The translations under genes and the position numbers were made by a program. The notes beneath the pieces are model-generated. The model was not told the DNA's origin and searched no databases. It saw only the letters and a program-made list of their open reading frames with translations. 43,666 bases of DNA from Octopus bimaculoides (Eukaryota): contig NC_068992.1 in NCBI RefSeq assembly GCF_001194135.2, positions 42,336,266 to 42,379,931 on the forward strand. The letters are read 5' to 3'. Below, in pieces: positions 1 through 12,650 of the stretch (within the stretch, counting starts at the first letter, position 1; each line of letters opens with the position of its first letter).

Positions 1-39
<39 letters not shown>

Positions 40-440
40 CATATACACATACACACGAACTCAGAAAAACAAACACACATACACACAGACAAACATATGC
101 ACATAACCACTGTCCAACACACATACACAATTCAAAAATGCATGTGCTGTGTGATGCTGATCGCGGTGCTCAAAGCAAGAGACAGTTACATACAATCTCG
201 GGGGTATCTGCAATTTCTGAATGGAATTTCATAGACAAACAGTCACTGTAGACACACATACACGAATACGTGTGTACATGTGTGTATGTGTTTATATATA
301 TATCCCATATATTCACATATATATATATATATGCAAGTATGTGTGTGTGTGTTTGTGTGCAAGATTTTGGACTAATGAGTATATGTTAGTGTGCTGAAGT
401 ATTGAGTAAAGCACTGGCACAGTTTGGGTTACCTGGTGTC

Positions 441-475
<35 letters not shown>

Positions 476-1222
476 NNNNNNNNNNNNNNNNNNNNNNNNN
501 NNNNNNNNNNNNNNNNNNNNNNNNNNNNNNNNNNNNNNNNNNNNNNNNNNNNNNNNNNNNNNNNNNNNNNNNNNNNNNNNNNNNNNNNNNNNNNNNNNNN
601 NNNNNNNNNNNNNNNNNNNNNNNNNNNNNNNNNNNNNNNNNNNNNNNNNNNNNNNNNNNNNNNNNNNNNNNNNNNNNNNNNNNNNNNNNNNNNNNNNNNN
701 NNNNNNNNNNNNNNNNNNNNNNNNNNNNNNNNNNNNNNNNNNNNNNNNNNNNNNNNNNNNNNNNNNNNNNNNNNNNNNNNNNNNNNNNNNNNNNNNNNNN
801 NNNNNNNNNNNNNNNNNNNNNNNNNNNNNNNNNNNNNNNNNNNNNNNNNNNNNNNNNNNNNNNNNNNNNNNNNNNNNNNNNNNNNNNNNNNNNNNNNNNN
901 NNNNNNNNNNNNNNNNNNNNNNNNNNNNNNNNNNNNNNNNNNNNNNNNNNNNNNNNNNNNNNNNNNNNNNNNNNNNNNNNNNNNNNNNNNNNNNNNNNNN
1001 NNNNNNNNNNNNNNNNNNNNNNNNNNNNNNNNNNNNNNNNNNNNNNNNNNNNNNNNNNNNNNNNNNNNNNNNNNNNNNNNNNNNNNNNNNNNNNNNNNNN
1101 NNNNNNNNNNNNNNNNNNNNNNNNNNNNNNNNNNNNNNNNNNNNNNNNNNNNNNNNNNNNNNNNNNNNNNNNNNNNNNNNNNNNNNNNNNNNNNNNNNNN
1201 NNNNNNNNNNNNNNNNNNNNNN

Positions 1223-1261
<39 letters not shown>

Positions 1262-1485
1262 TACATATATATAAACACAAACATACGTTCGTGTGTAATG
1301 CTTGTGTTGACGTTAGTTTGGCTATGGCTGTCGGTCCATCTACAGGAATGAAATAATTCATTGTTCTTACCTTAGAGAGGAAATTCTCCCTGTCTCCTTC
1401 TAATTCCACTTTCAAATACACAGCAACGACAACAACAACAACATCAGGCACACCTATACCAGTAAATGCAGCTGAAGTAGCAGTT

Positions 1486-1557
<72 letters not shown>
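1486..1557. repeat. (GTA)24 microsatellite
   Basis: Pure GTA run read directly; source of poly-T/poly-Y/poly-V pseudo-ORFs. Confidence 0.97.
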
Positions 1558-1959
1558 CAAACACACCTTTTTATTAATGTANNNNNNNNNNTATATATAT
1601 ATATATATATATATACATACATATGTGTATGAATGTATGTATGCATATATATATATATTTATGCATATATATGTATATATATTTACATGTAAATGTATAT
1701 ATAGATATGTATGTGTGTGTGTGTGTATGTGTATGTATTGTGTACAAAGAGTACTCATATTGAAATATACCTTTATATAACACATGCTGTCACCTTACAT
1801 AAAGATTAACAGAGAGAATGTGACAGTTTATGTACATACGTGTGTGTATGGGTGTGGTATTAGTGTGTGTATGTATGTGTGCGTGTGAAAGAGATAGAGA
1901 CAGTGAGAGAAAGAGACAGACAGAAAGAGATGGCAAAATGTCAGAAATGTAAAAGTGTG

Positions 1960-1968
1960 TGACAGGTA

Positions 1969-2031
<63 letters not shown>

Positions 2032-2355
2032 TATATATATATAGATAAGTATATGTACATATACATGTATATATATACATATATATACATATACATACAT
2101 ATATATATATAGAGCTATCTATATGTATATATATAAATACATATAAACATATATGTATATATACACAGACACTTACTCACACACGCACATACAGACACAC
2201 ACACACACACACGCACTCACACATATACACATACGCATTCAGAAATATACTGCTGACCCATTGAGAAATAAACAGTCACACGAATATTAACGCTCACCTG
2301 TAGACACCCCCATCCACACCCTCATTCTCAGTCTCCACAAAATTCCATAGATATG

Positions 2356-2402
<47 letters not shown>
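1960..2402. repeat. compound (TA)n/(CA)n microsatellite field
   Basis: Dinucleotide runs read directly. Similar fields at 1-100, 4240-4430, 4730-4820, 7860-8008, 29890-30160, 30700-30758, 31980-32070, 43040-43155. Confidence 0.95.
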
Positions 2403-2404
<2 letters not shown>

Positions 2405-2504
2405 ATTCGCACTGTTAACACATGATATACACCGCTAACAAACACATGCGCACCTCTGTCTCAATACTGGCTGTAGATGAAAACAAACAAATATACATAT
2501 ATAT

Positions 2505-2608
<104 letters not shown>

Positions 2609-2937
2609 CATAAATAAGTATATATGTATATATAAATATATAAATGCAAACGACAAATATGTGAAAAACAGAAATGAAGGAAGGACTGAAGGAAGAAATG
2701 AATGAAGGGAAGGGATAGCTTGAAGGAAAATGGTAAAACAAAAGGAGGCAGGGGTAGACGAAGATCAGTGAAATGTCTACTACACCCACTCATGTTCGGT
2801 CTAAACGCCTACACATACCATGATAGTTGTTTGGCTTCAAGCTATAAAGCAAAGCCGGGCTTGTTGCAGACGTTGATGCTGTAACAGCAGTATAAGCATC
2901 TAGACCACAGCATCACCTGACCTCTATTGCTCTATGA

Positions 2938-2971
<34 letters not shown>

Positions 2972-3181
2972 ATACGCACACGCACATTTCTCAGTTATCC
3001 ATTCAGACTTTCATTGGTTTAATGGCAATAAATAGAAGCTTTTCTTTTTTTTTGTAATTTATTATTGTTGTTGTCGTTGTTGTCCTGTTGTGGTAGTTTG
3101 TTGTTTTAGTGCTGATCGAGCAGATTCCAATTTCGAAAGGTACTCCAACTATGACCATCCAGTGTAAATCTTGTTCCCACA

Positions 3182-3182
<1 letters not shown>

Positions 3183-3223
<41 letters not shown>

Positions 3224-3362
3224 TGCTACTGGCATAGTGTGCCTACGGCTAAATCACATAATGTATCTTTTGTTTTTGTTTTGTTGCTCTTGTTGTTGTT
3301 CTGGTTGATGATGATGGTGATTGAAATGATGATGACGACGACGACGACGATGATGATGATGG
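3183..3362. repeat. (ATT)n, (TTG)n and (GAT/GAC)n trinucleotide tracts
   Basis: Read directly; explain poly-I, poly-H and poly-S ORFs. Confidence 0.9.
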
Positions 3363-4372
3363 TGATCTTGCGTTCGGTGAAGCTGATAATGTCGTATAGC
3401 TCCGGGTTGGCCCCTTTGCTGAACAAGTGTTCCAACCATGACTGTCTCTTCTGTTGTTCAAACATATATATATAACAGACTAAATTATGTAACCTACCCT
3501 TTGTTGTTGTTTTTCTTCTTCTCCTTCCTGCTGTTATTACTCTCGTTTAACCCCGTATCGGTACCGCAGCCGAGCAAGCGTTCCGGCCGTGACAATCCCA
3601 TCCGTCCTGCAGACATAATGTATATCGAACTACATTATCTAATGTGTTCTTTCTTATTTCTGTACTTGTCTCTTTTTTAACCCACACTGCATCACAGATC
3701 TTATTTGTCATTAAAAACCACTCATCCGTGACCATTTCGTCTTTTCTTTAAAAAATAATGTATTTAGGACTATATTATTTTAATGTTTACTTCTTTGATG
3801 CAACTGTTTAATCCAACCAGCACTTCTTCAATCATGTGTCTCCCACCCGTGATATCCAGCCTTTTTCTGTATCAAAGTCTACAATCTCCGTAAGCATATT
3901 TCCTATAATATTATATATTTAAGAAACTAGGAATTACTTCGAGGAAGATTTTGCTGTTATTTCTAGCTTATTGAGCGATGGTTGCAAGGTACCCATATTA
4001 GCACGTTTAAGTATCCCAAACAGACACATAAGCTTTTCCTGAGACGTGTTGTAAAAATACAGGTGGTGGAGGTCATATTGGACCGGCAGTAGTTGACCAA
4101 CACATGAATTATCATGCTTCATTTTCCATTTATATTATGTTCAAGAGTGGATGTACGACAAAGTATGTCGTAATAAACTATGGAATAATGCCTCGTCATA
4201 TGATTGACTCATATGCGTATACAGATTTGTATACCGAGACACACACCCACACACACACACACACACACATACATACACACACACACACACACACGCACAC
4301 ACTGACATGTGCACATAACATACACACAAATATATAGATAGATACATAGATAGATATCGTGTATACATACTA

Positions 4373-4434
<62 letters not shown>

Positions 4435-4720
4435 CAAAAGTGCGTATGTGTGTACATATGTGAATGCTTATATGAATATGTAATTACTAGATTTAATACG
4501 TTAGTGTATTCGCACTACACAAGAATGTATGTTATATACACTTGTACACACACACATACACACACACATACACACACACACACATATATCTACATTCCTA
4601 TATATGTACATATCATACACACAAATGTGTGTGTGGTCCGAACACACTGACAAACTAAATTTAGTAATTACATATTCATATAAAAATTATTCACATATAT
4701 ACATTCATATGCATTATTGT

Positions 4721-4754
<34 letters not shown>

Positions 4755-4777
4755 TTAAATATATATCACACATACCT

Positions 4778-4819
<42 letters not shown>

Positions 4820-5163
4820 TCGTGTATCCGTGTTGTTTCTCTTGTTTTCGCTGTTGTTTACATCCAGGTTATGAGCGAAAGAAGCATTTGCGACTAACTT
4901 CTTAATCTTGTCCAGCCATTATTACAATCCATTATTATTTTCATATATTACATAACGAAGTCGATGAATATCGCTGCTGTTTCTCGCAGGCCGATTGAAC
5001 GACCACTTAGAGGCAGCCTGCTGAACGAAGTCCAGCTGAAAATTGAAACTTAAACAGGTGTTATGTTTGCAAGCTAATTGGCAGTTTCAAAGTATTCCAG
5101 CACCTGTTTCTATCAACATCTAATGTAGCAGGTGAAAAACGTATCTTTAAAGATAACGATAAT

Positions 5164-5213
5164 GTGTTGTTGTTTCGATGTTGTTGTTGTTGTTGTTGTT
5201 GTTGTTCGTGTTG

Positions 5214-5245
<32 letters not shown>

Positions 5246-5260
5246 GGTAGTGGTGGTGTT
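5164..5260. repeat. (GTT)n-(GGT)n compound microsatellite
   Basis: Read directly. Confidence 0.93.
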
Positions 5261-5719
5261 ATCTTCATCGTCATCGTGGTAAAGTCTAAGTCGTGTGAAT
5301 TATGCTAGTATTTCACATGGATTTTCTATATTACATTTGACACACCCAAACACAACAGAGAAAAATAAACTATATTTGCGTACTTCAAAGTATTCTGCCC
5401 ATTTACACATGAACAGATAATTATACGCAAACATAGATATACATACATGTTACACGTACGTACACACAATGCTTTGTAATATTGACTTGTATCGAATTAA
5501 TTGGAACAGAATATTCGTATATATTACCGAGTTTTTTGTTTGTTTGTTTGTTTTTTTGTCATTATCTAAACCGAAGTCTTTCCTCAGCACTCCAGTTACA
5601 TGCCGTCCCGATCATCCGGCGAGACCTGAGACTCATGGCAGCGTGAAATTCTTTTCCCCTTCTTCCTAGCTCTTCTGTGTACCACTCTGTCCGGCATTCG
5701 CCATGATAGATCGCTAGCC

Positions 5720-6014
5720 ACTACGCATTCTTTATTTTCTCTCCCTGTTTCTTTCCGTGTTCATTTCTATGGAAGAGCGTAGGCTCGAAACGTTAAAGAC
5801 TTTTTCACTTCCCGAGCGTTAAAATAAAATATCTNNNNNNNNNNNNNNNNNNNNNNNNNNNNNNNNNNNNNNNNNNNNNNNNNNNNNNNNNNNNNNNNNN
5901 NNNNNNNNNNNNNNNNNNNNNNNNNNNNNNNNNNNNNNNNNNNNNNNNNNNNNNNNNNNNNNNNNNNNNNNNNNNNNNNGTCCTCGTCTTTTGTTTTTCT
6001 TTTGTGAATTCTCC

Positions 6015-6020
<6 letters not shown>
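5720..6020 (+). mobile_element. interspersed repeat, putative Penelope-like 3' end, copy 1 (gap inside)
   Basis: Shares GAAGAGCGTAG(G)CTCGAAACGT-AAAGACTTT...TTCCCGAGCGT and GTCCTCGTCT with the minus-strand copy at 20883-21080; ends in (TA)n. Confidence 0.6.
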
Positions 6021-6049
<29 letters not shown>

Positions 6050-6225
6050 AGTAGTACAGTATCGACCAGACCATCAGAAGATGTTATACATCGCTGGTCA
6101 CAATGCGCTTTAAAGTTTGTCTTCATTGTGCCATTCTTTTCCATCTTGACCCAAATGGCTTGACCAAATCGACTACCCATCGACATGGAGACCTTCAATG
6201 CGTCCTTTTCCGTTCTCTTGTGTAT

Positions 6226-6269
<44 letters not shown>

Positions 6270-6439
6270 ATGTCTATGTATTTTTAAGAACAGAGCACCA
6301 TTACAAAGCGTCTGCGAATATCTTAGACCTTCGGTGAATCATTAGAATAATGCATATAATTATGCGTTAGCTTGTATGATTGTGTGTATAGCTGTAGACA
6401 TGTATGCACGTTTCTCTGTGTGTGTGTGTATGGTCTTTA

Positions 6440-6720
6440 ATGCACAGGTTCTGTCCCACTGCGTGGCATCTTCGGTAACTTTCTTCTGTAATAGCCTCGG
6501 GTCGACCGAAGCCTTGCGAGTTTATTTGGATGACGGAAATTGAAAGAAGCCCGTCGTTTGAGTGTGTTTATTCAACTAAAGTTCTTCAATGCAGTGCCCC
6601 AGCAAGTCAAAGAACAAAGCAAAAAAAAAAAAATATGCCTATACAGGTATGTATATCGACGAAAGCCTTGCAAGTGGATTTCGTAGATGGAAACTGAAAG
6701 AAGTCCGTCGTATATATATA
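6440..6720 (+). mobile_element. tRNA-derived SINE family A, body fragments (two partial copies)
   Basis: CCCACTGCGTGGCA...AGCCTCGGGTCGACCGAAGCCTTG...GAAATTGAAAGAAGCCCGTCGT at 6440-6560, plus a partial repeat at 6658-6712; homologous to other family A copies in the window. Confidence 0.8.
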
Positions 6721-7403
6721 TATATATNNNNNNNNNNNNNNNNNNNNNNNNNNNNNNNNNNNNNNNNNNNNNNNNNNNNNNNNNNNNNNNNNNNNNNNNN
6801 NNNNNNNNNNNNNNNNNNNNNNNNNNNNNNNNNNNNNNNNNNNNNNNNNNNNNNNNNNNNNNNNNNNNNNNNNNNNNNNNNNNNNNNNNNNNNNNNNNNN
6901 NNNNNNNNNNNNNNNNNNNNNNNNNNNNNNNNNNNNNNNNNNNNNNNNNNNNNNNNNNNNNNNNNNNNNNNNNNNNNNNNNNNNNNNNNNNNNNNNNNNN
7001 NNNNNNNNNNNNNNNNNNNNNNNNNNNNNNNNNNNNNNNNNNNNNNNNNNNNNNNNNNNNNNNNNNNNNNNNNNNNNNNNNNNNNNNNNNNNNNNNNNNN
7101 NNNNNNNNNNNNNNNNNNNNNNNNNNNNNNNNNNNNNNNNNNNNNNNNNNNNNNNNNNNNNNNNNNNNNNNNNNNNNNNNNNNNNNNNNNNNNNNNNNNN
7201 NNNNNNNNNNNNNNNNNNNNNNNNNNNNNNNNNNNNNNNNNNNNNNNNNNNNNNNNNNNNNNNNNNNNNNNNNNNNNNNNNNNNNNNNNNNNNNNNNNNN
7301 NNNNNNNNNNNNNNNNNNNNNNNNNNNNNNNNNNNNNNNNNNNNNNNNNNNNNNNNNNNNNNNNNNNNNNNNNNNNNNNNNNNNNNNNNNNNNNNNNNNN
7401 NNN

Positions 7404-7453
<50 letters not shown>

Positions 7454-7455
<2 letters not shown>

Positions 7456-7628
7456 ACGGGCTTCTTTCAGTTTCTGTCTATCAAATTCACTAAGAATATT
7501 TTGGTCGGCCCGAGGCTATAGTAGAAGACAATTTTCAAGGTGCCACGCAGTGGAACTGAAGCCGTTGTTTAGTGGAACCGAACGTGTAAGGAAGCAAGCT
7601 TCTTACCACATTACCACACAGACATGCT
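7454..7628 (-). mobile_element. SINE family A, head and body
   Basis: Reverse complement of the family A body (CGACGGGCTTCTTTCAGTTT...GGTGCCACGCAGTGG...AAGCAAGCTTCTTACCAC). A tail fragment lies at about 7795-7865. Confidence 0.85.
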
Positions 7629-7882
7629 AAGCTTCAAGCTTATGAGCGATCACCGTGTATTGGTTAAGAAAATAGTTGAATATTGGGGCACATAATCCTT
7701 GACCCAATATTAGACCATTTTCTCTTGTCAATACATGGTGATCGCTTATAAGCTTGAAGCATATAGAATATTATTATTCTTCTATTTTCTATTCTTTTGA
7801 CCGCGACCATGCTGAAGCACAACCTTTAGTCGAACGAATCGACCTCAGGACTTATTCTTTGTATTTATACATATATATATAT

Positions 7883-8101
<219 letters not shown>

Positions 8102-9061
8102 GCTGTAAATTCTTAGCCAAGTTATTCAATCCTCGCCTGTCTGACTCGCTCTTGATATTATTCAATTTCGAGAAATGAAACTGTCGATTGACCAAAACTT
8201 GTATATTTACGTGATCCTTAATTAAAGACTAATGTTTTAATTATAAAATAACCTATAATTTTAAGACTGTCAACAATGCTCGTTGATTCTTTTGCAGAGC
8301 CTTCGAGGCTAACACAATGAACGGAGGAATGTAGCTTCAAATCTGACACATAAAAAGTCCAGTCTTTTACAAGACCGGACTTTGCTAACACCAATCACAG
8401 TACAGTGTGGTGGTATCAAACTGAACGTTAGATTAACGGATTAAGTCAACACTCCAAGTAGGCTATAGCGGGATTTGAACTCTAAACTAAAAGAATCTGA
8501 AAAACATAACAAAAAATACGTGCAAGAAACCTAATCGGACTTTCTCCCGGTCCACTAACCATCAGCCACTTTGGAGGGATGCGTATCTTATCGAATCCGA
8601 ATTGGTAGATGGCAAATTTATCGGGATGGAATGTAAGCACGAAACGTAGAGTCATTAAATTCTACAAGGCAATTCTTCCGACAAATACTGCAACGCCCTC
8701 TAAATGTAAATACTGCAAGAATACACACGAGGACTCTGTTTCGAATTCAGTTCAGAGTTGTTGTTTTCCCTCCAAGAAAACAAGCAATAATTCATAATGA
8801 ATCATGGATGTTCTCCAAGCTTCATAATTCATAATCCTTAGTTAGAGGAATCGAACACCCTAACGGATAGTAACTTAAATCCGCCTCTCTCCAGGCGTGT
8901 ACCTGCTCACCTTTACTACTTGGCCCATTGGTGGTTCCTTTAGCAAAGCTCACTCTCGGGTAATCATTCGGACCATTGATCTAAAGCGAACATGCTTTTT
9001 CTGTTCTCATCAGTCACAAAAACCCAAACTCTTGAGAGAATCATGAAACCAGCCCTTCTCC

Positions 9062-9063
<2 letters not shown>

Positions 9064-9106
<43 letters not shown>

Positions 9107-9301
9107 CCTTCCTGCACAAGGCCTTAAATTTGTGAGGAGGGGATTAATCGACTATATCAACCCCAGTGTTTAACTAGTACATATCTTATCAACCCTGAAA
9201 GCATGAAGGGCAAAGTGAGACTTGGCGGAACTTGTAAAAATGGACGAACTGCTGCTAAGCATTCTGTCCGACGTGCTAACGATTCTACCAGCTCACCACC
9301 T
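9064..9301 (-). mobile_element. tRNA-derived SINE family B with (AAT)n tail
   Basis: Minus strand reads GGTGGTGAGCTGGTAGAATCGTTAGCACGTCGGACAGAATGCTTAGC...; (ATT)n 3' tail at 9064-9106; more than 12 homologous copies in the window. May correspond to described octopus OK/OR SINEs but cannot be assigned here. Confidence 0.88.
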
Positions 9302-10701
9302 GAGTAATATCTAGCATCTAAGGTCAGTTGCTGTAGCCTAATGTTATGAATCTTTCTCTTCCAACAGTTTAATCTGTTATGCGTATATGACATAATAATA
9401 ATAAATTTGAATGTTGGACTTAAACGAAAAAATAATAGCAGATACTTTTAATTAGCAAATTATATTTAAAGGTTTTCGGGGTTCATTTTTGCATTTACAG
9501 TTTATATTTAAGAAATAATGAAAATTTTGAAATAACAGAATAAGATGCACGTAATCAACTTCATTTGCTTACAGATGTATCAGCTTATAAGATGCCGTGG
9601 ACTCAAAGATAAATGTTTGAGTATCACTTTATAGCTTCCATTTTAAGACTCTGCAAAAGCTATAAAATGACGCGCAAGCACTCGGTCTAAGCGCAATGCA
9701 TCTTATAGCAGAAACACTTTTAAGTTAATGAAGGGGATTTCGTATTTCCTGTTACTTTGTCACTTCATTCATTTCATACTACTCTCTGTATTCACTTAAC
9801 GCTCAATTCTGAAGCGTATATATACTGAGTTCTAACAACAGGTTATTAGTGTAGCTACGCCTTGAAAATAATGGTAACATGTGAGTTCGTATGTAAGCGT
9901 GCAGAATGGCCAGAAATGGTAAAATGGTGCTAGGGACATTCTGGTATTTAGTTACGTTACTTTTATATTTCAAAGACAGCAATCTAGCAGAATTGTTACC
10001 ACGGTAGACAAAATATTTGGAAGCATTTCATATGGCTCTTTACATTCCGACTTGAAATTCTCCAATTGGAGGTCGATAAAATTAGTACCAGCTGAGAACA
10101 TGGGACAATATAATCGATTTGTACCCTCTGTAATCGCTGGCTCTGTGTCTGTAAGAGAAACTGTTATCTTTATGCTTTGGCGAGTTGTGGATGAGCAGAG
10201 TCGTTAGATTGCGTGAAATGCTTTTGTATAATTTGTTCTCCCCTTTTATGTTCTGAGTGGAGCTTTGTATTTCGTCCGACTAGGGCTGATGAAATGAGGT
10301 TCCCGTCAAGTACTGAAGTTACCGAAATCATTTAATGCACTTCCCTTAAAATCTGTTGTCCTAAGCCTTTCAGGTTCGCTAAAAAAACTTACCAAATACT
10401 AGCAGCATGATGGAATGCTAATTAAGTTTACTTTGCAATTAGGTTTGAAGTTCGAACCCATGGGATGGATATTCGTCATGTATTATTTACGACATACTTG
10501 AGTTGACCCAAGCTGTGTAAGTAATCCCGGGGTAGACAGAAACAATATCGAAGCTTGTCGTGTGAATTGAATCTGTGAGCAAAAGATACAGCCTTGTCTC
10601 GCTGTGGTACTCTGAGGATTACATTAAAAGAACACGTGTCCGTGGAATAGGATTTGGTTGGGGAGCATTTGATATGAACAAAATGGCTCTAACTTCGAAA
10701 C

Positions 10702-11002
10702 TACTTAAAATCAAGCAACTACAACATCTATGTTCTTCTTGTAGTTTTATATGAGCTACAATGTGTCAACTGTAGATCTGTTGCATTTAAGAAACTGGAA
10801 GTCTTTCAGAATCATGTAACGCGAATTATTGCTAACAACAGACTCTCAGACCACGTCAGAATTGAAAATCTAAAGATAAATGACCAAATTACCATCACTC
10901 ATCTCTGACATCAAAATAAAATACTTAATCTGCTTAGTCGTACTAAGAGAATGGTTTGGAAGGCATAGCTAATTGCAAAAGAAGGCATGGAGAGACAACA
11001 TC
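10702..11002 (+). pseudogene. RTE-like non-LTR retrotransposon, C-terminal (post-RT) fragment
   Basis: Manual translation YNIYVLLVVLYELQCVNC...KKLEVFQNHVTRIIANNRLSDHVRIENL* (10702-10908), then ...AWRDNI (10988-11002). Resembles RTE C-terminal motifs (VLYGxE, LEVFQ, WRDNI). Confidence 0.65.
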
Positions 11003-11749
11003 AGAGCATCGATATGTCTGAACACTCTCATTAAAGATCGGATGATATACGGGCAACTATCTCATGTTAATGTACATTCTGCCACAGCCGGAGATAACAG
11101 GAATTGATAGAATTCAGTTGATGAAATACTCTAATTGTCACCGTCGAAGCCGATGGATAGCCTTTTACTAGAATTGATATCTTCGATGTTTTACTGCAAC
11201 ATGTGTGGAAATTTTGTCGATATTAAAATCAATATTCAGACTCAGGTAACGAAGGGGAAAGTGGCACAGACAGTCGAGTACGATTGGCCTCAATGACTCA
11301 CAACAGAAATCAAACAAGCTAGAGATAGCTTATGTCGGTAATCAGCAGTGAAAGGAGTAACATCGTTTATCTCGTACCAGCTTAATTTTCAGTCATTCCA
11401 GACTGTGTTTTAGTCTCCTGTATAACCTTCATTGAACAAGCCTATTATCCATGGCACTCCATCCACAGCATTCCATCCATGGTTATCCCGTTTATGCTCT
11501 CCGATGCAGGAAACAATAAGGGACACATTGTATCAGATGTGTCCATTTTGAATAACAAAACCATGTGATTTAAGAGATTTGGTTATTATTTTCGTAGAAA
11601 GGTGTTCCTCAAACCTTTTTTTAACGATGGGCCAACTATGGAGTATACATATTTAATACAGCAATACAGACTTAGAGATAGAATGCTGACACACATTTTA
11701 ACAATATTTTTCCTCCATGCAAATAAGCTGGTAGTGACTGTAAATTGAA

Positions 11750-12590
11750 ACCATCTCTGTATCGTCTTAAAACTTACTTCCCCACGCAAGCTAGTAAACT
11801 ACTCTCGAGAAAATTAACATCAGAACACAGCAATGAGTGACCTTCTTCTTCAGAGCCAGGCAATACGTGAACCCTGAACTGCTACAGACACATTTGAGGA
11901 TTCACGTACAGAGCGCTTGCCGACACACTCGGTGCCAAGCACCTTACTCTGTCTGTGCAACACCTACGAATGTAGCTCCGTGCAGTAGAGGAACTGTGGA
12001 AAACCCTGTATAACAAACGGCTACCACATCTGGTCACCATTATGAAAACTCTGGAGATATCGCGGCCTCAGCTCATATCTGCGCATCATTAGCCACGACA
12101 TCTCCAGTCCTCCTCTTAGCGGCTGCTGACAGTAGATGGATCGTCAGAGAAGTGGGACATGTTCCTTCCACACAGAAAGCAGAAGATCAAGCACAAAGCA
12201 GAGCAAGGAATGACAGCCAGGCGGTAGTAGATGACGGAAGTGATGTACGCATTCGCTATCTCTGTCCGACTCTTCAGAGACTCACCGCGCGTTCCGTATA
12301 GTTCGGTAAAGTGCCATTTGCATTCGAGTAGCACGAGCCCCTATCGCCCCGTCAAAAACCGAATTGTGGCTTTGTTGCTACGTAGTACTACTGACACATG
12401 GACTCTTCGAATGCCTTTCATTCCCTCGTTTCTTAGCGCACGTGCCCTAGCTCTGACAACACATTTTTCGTAATTAGAATTGAATGATTGATTAAGAGCC
12501 AATCTCGCCGTCAGCACGTCAGTCCCTATGCCTCTCCTAAGCACCTCTTCTAGCTTCCTAACAAGTTTGAAGAACGCTGTGGATGTCCTC
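11750..12590 (-). pseudogene. ORF2 remnant (EN-RT linker joined to post-RT region)
   Basis: KLVRKLEEVLRRG...CVVRARARALRNEG...NKATIRFLTGR*GLVLLECKWHFTELYG is joined directly to SLKSRTEIANAYITSVIYYRLAVIPC, then RSIYCQQPLRGGLEMSWLMMRR...GDQMW*PFV. Matches the L1/Tx1 SLxGRxxxxN...Y and GGLGxP motifs. Confidence 0.78.
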
Positions 12591-12599
12591 TCTGTTGAT

Positions 12600-12619
12600 A
12601 TTCTTGTCGGTGAGGGTGG

Positions 12620-12650
<31 letters not shown>

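Noticed and set aside
1280-1480. Protein-like stretch VYLKVELEGDRENFLSK with a strong minus-strand donor AAG|GTAAGA at 1371/1370
   Set aside because: No recognisable domain, no convincing frame-compatible acceptor, flanked by microsatellites; insufficient for an exon call.
402-1646. Long ORFs of 270-405 aa, and similar ones at 6589, 15506, 17565, 20012, 25505, 26887, 32732 and 41743
   Set aside because: Their length comes from N gaps and dinucleotide repeats translated as X, YI, HT, CV or SL.
2290-2352. Possible 58-nt minus-strand exon ending CAG|GTGAG
   Set aside because: The acceptor is only the end of a (TG)n run with no polypyrimidine tract, and there is no homology.
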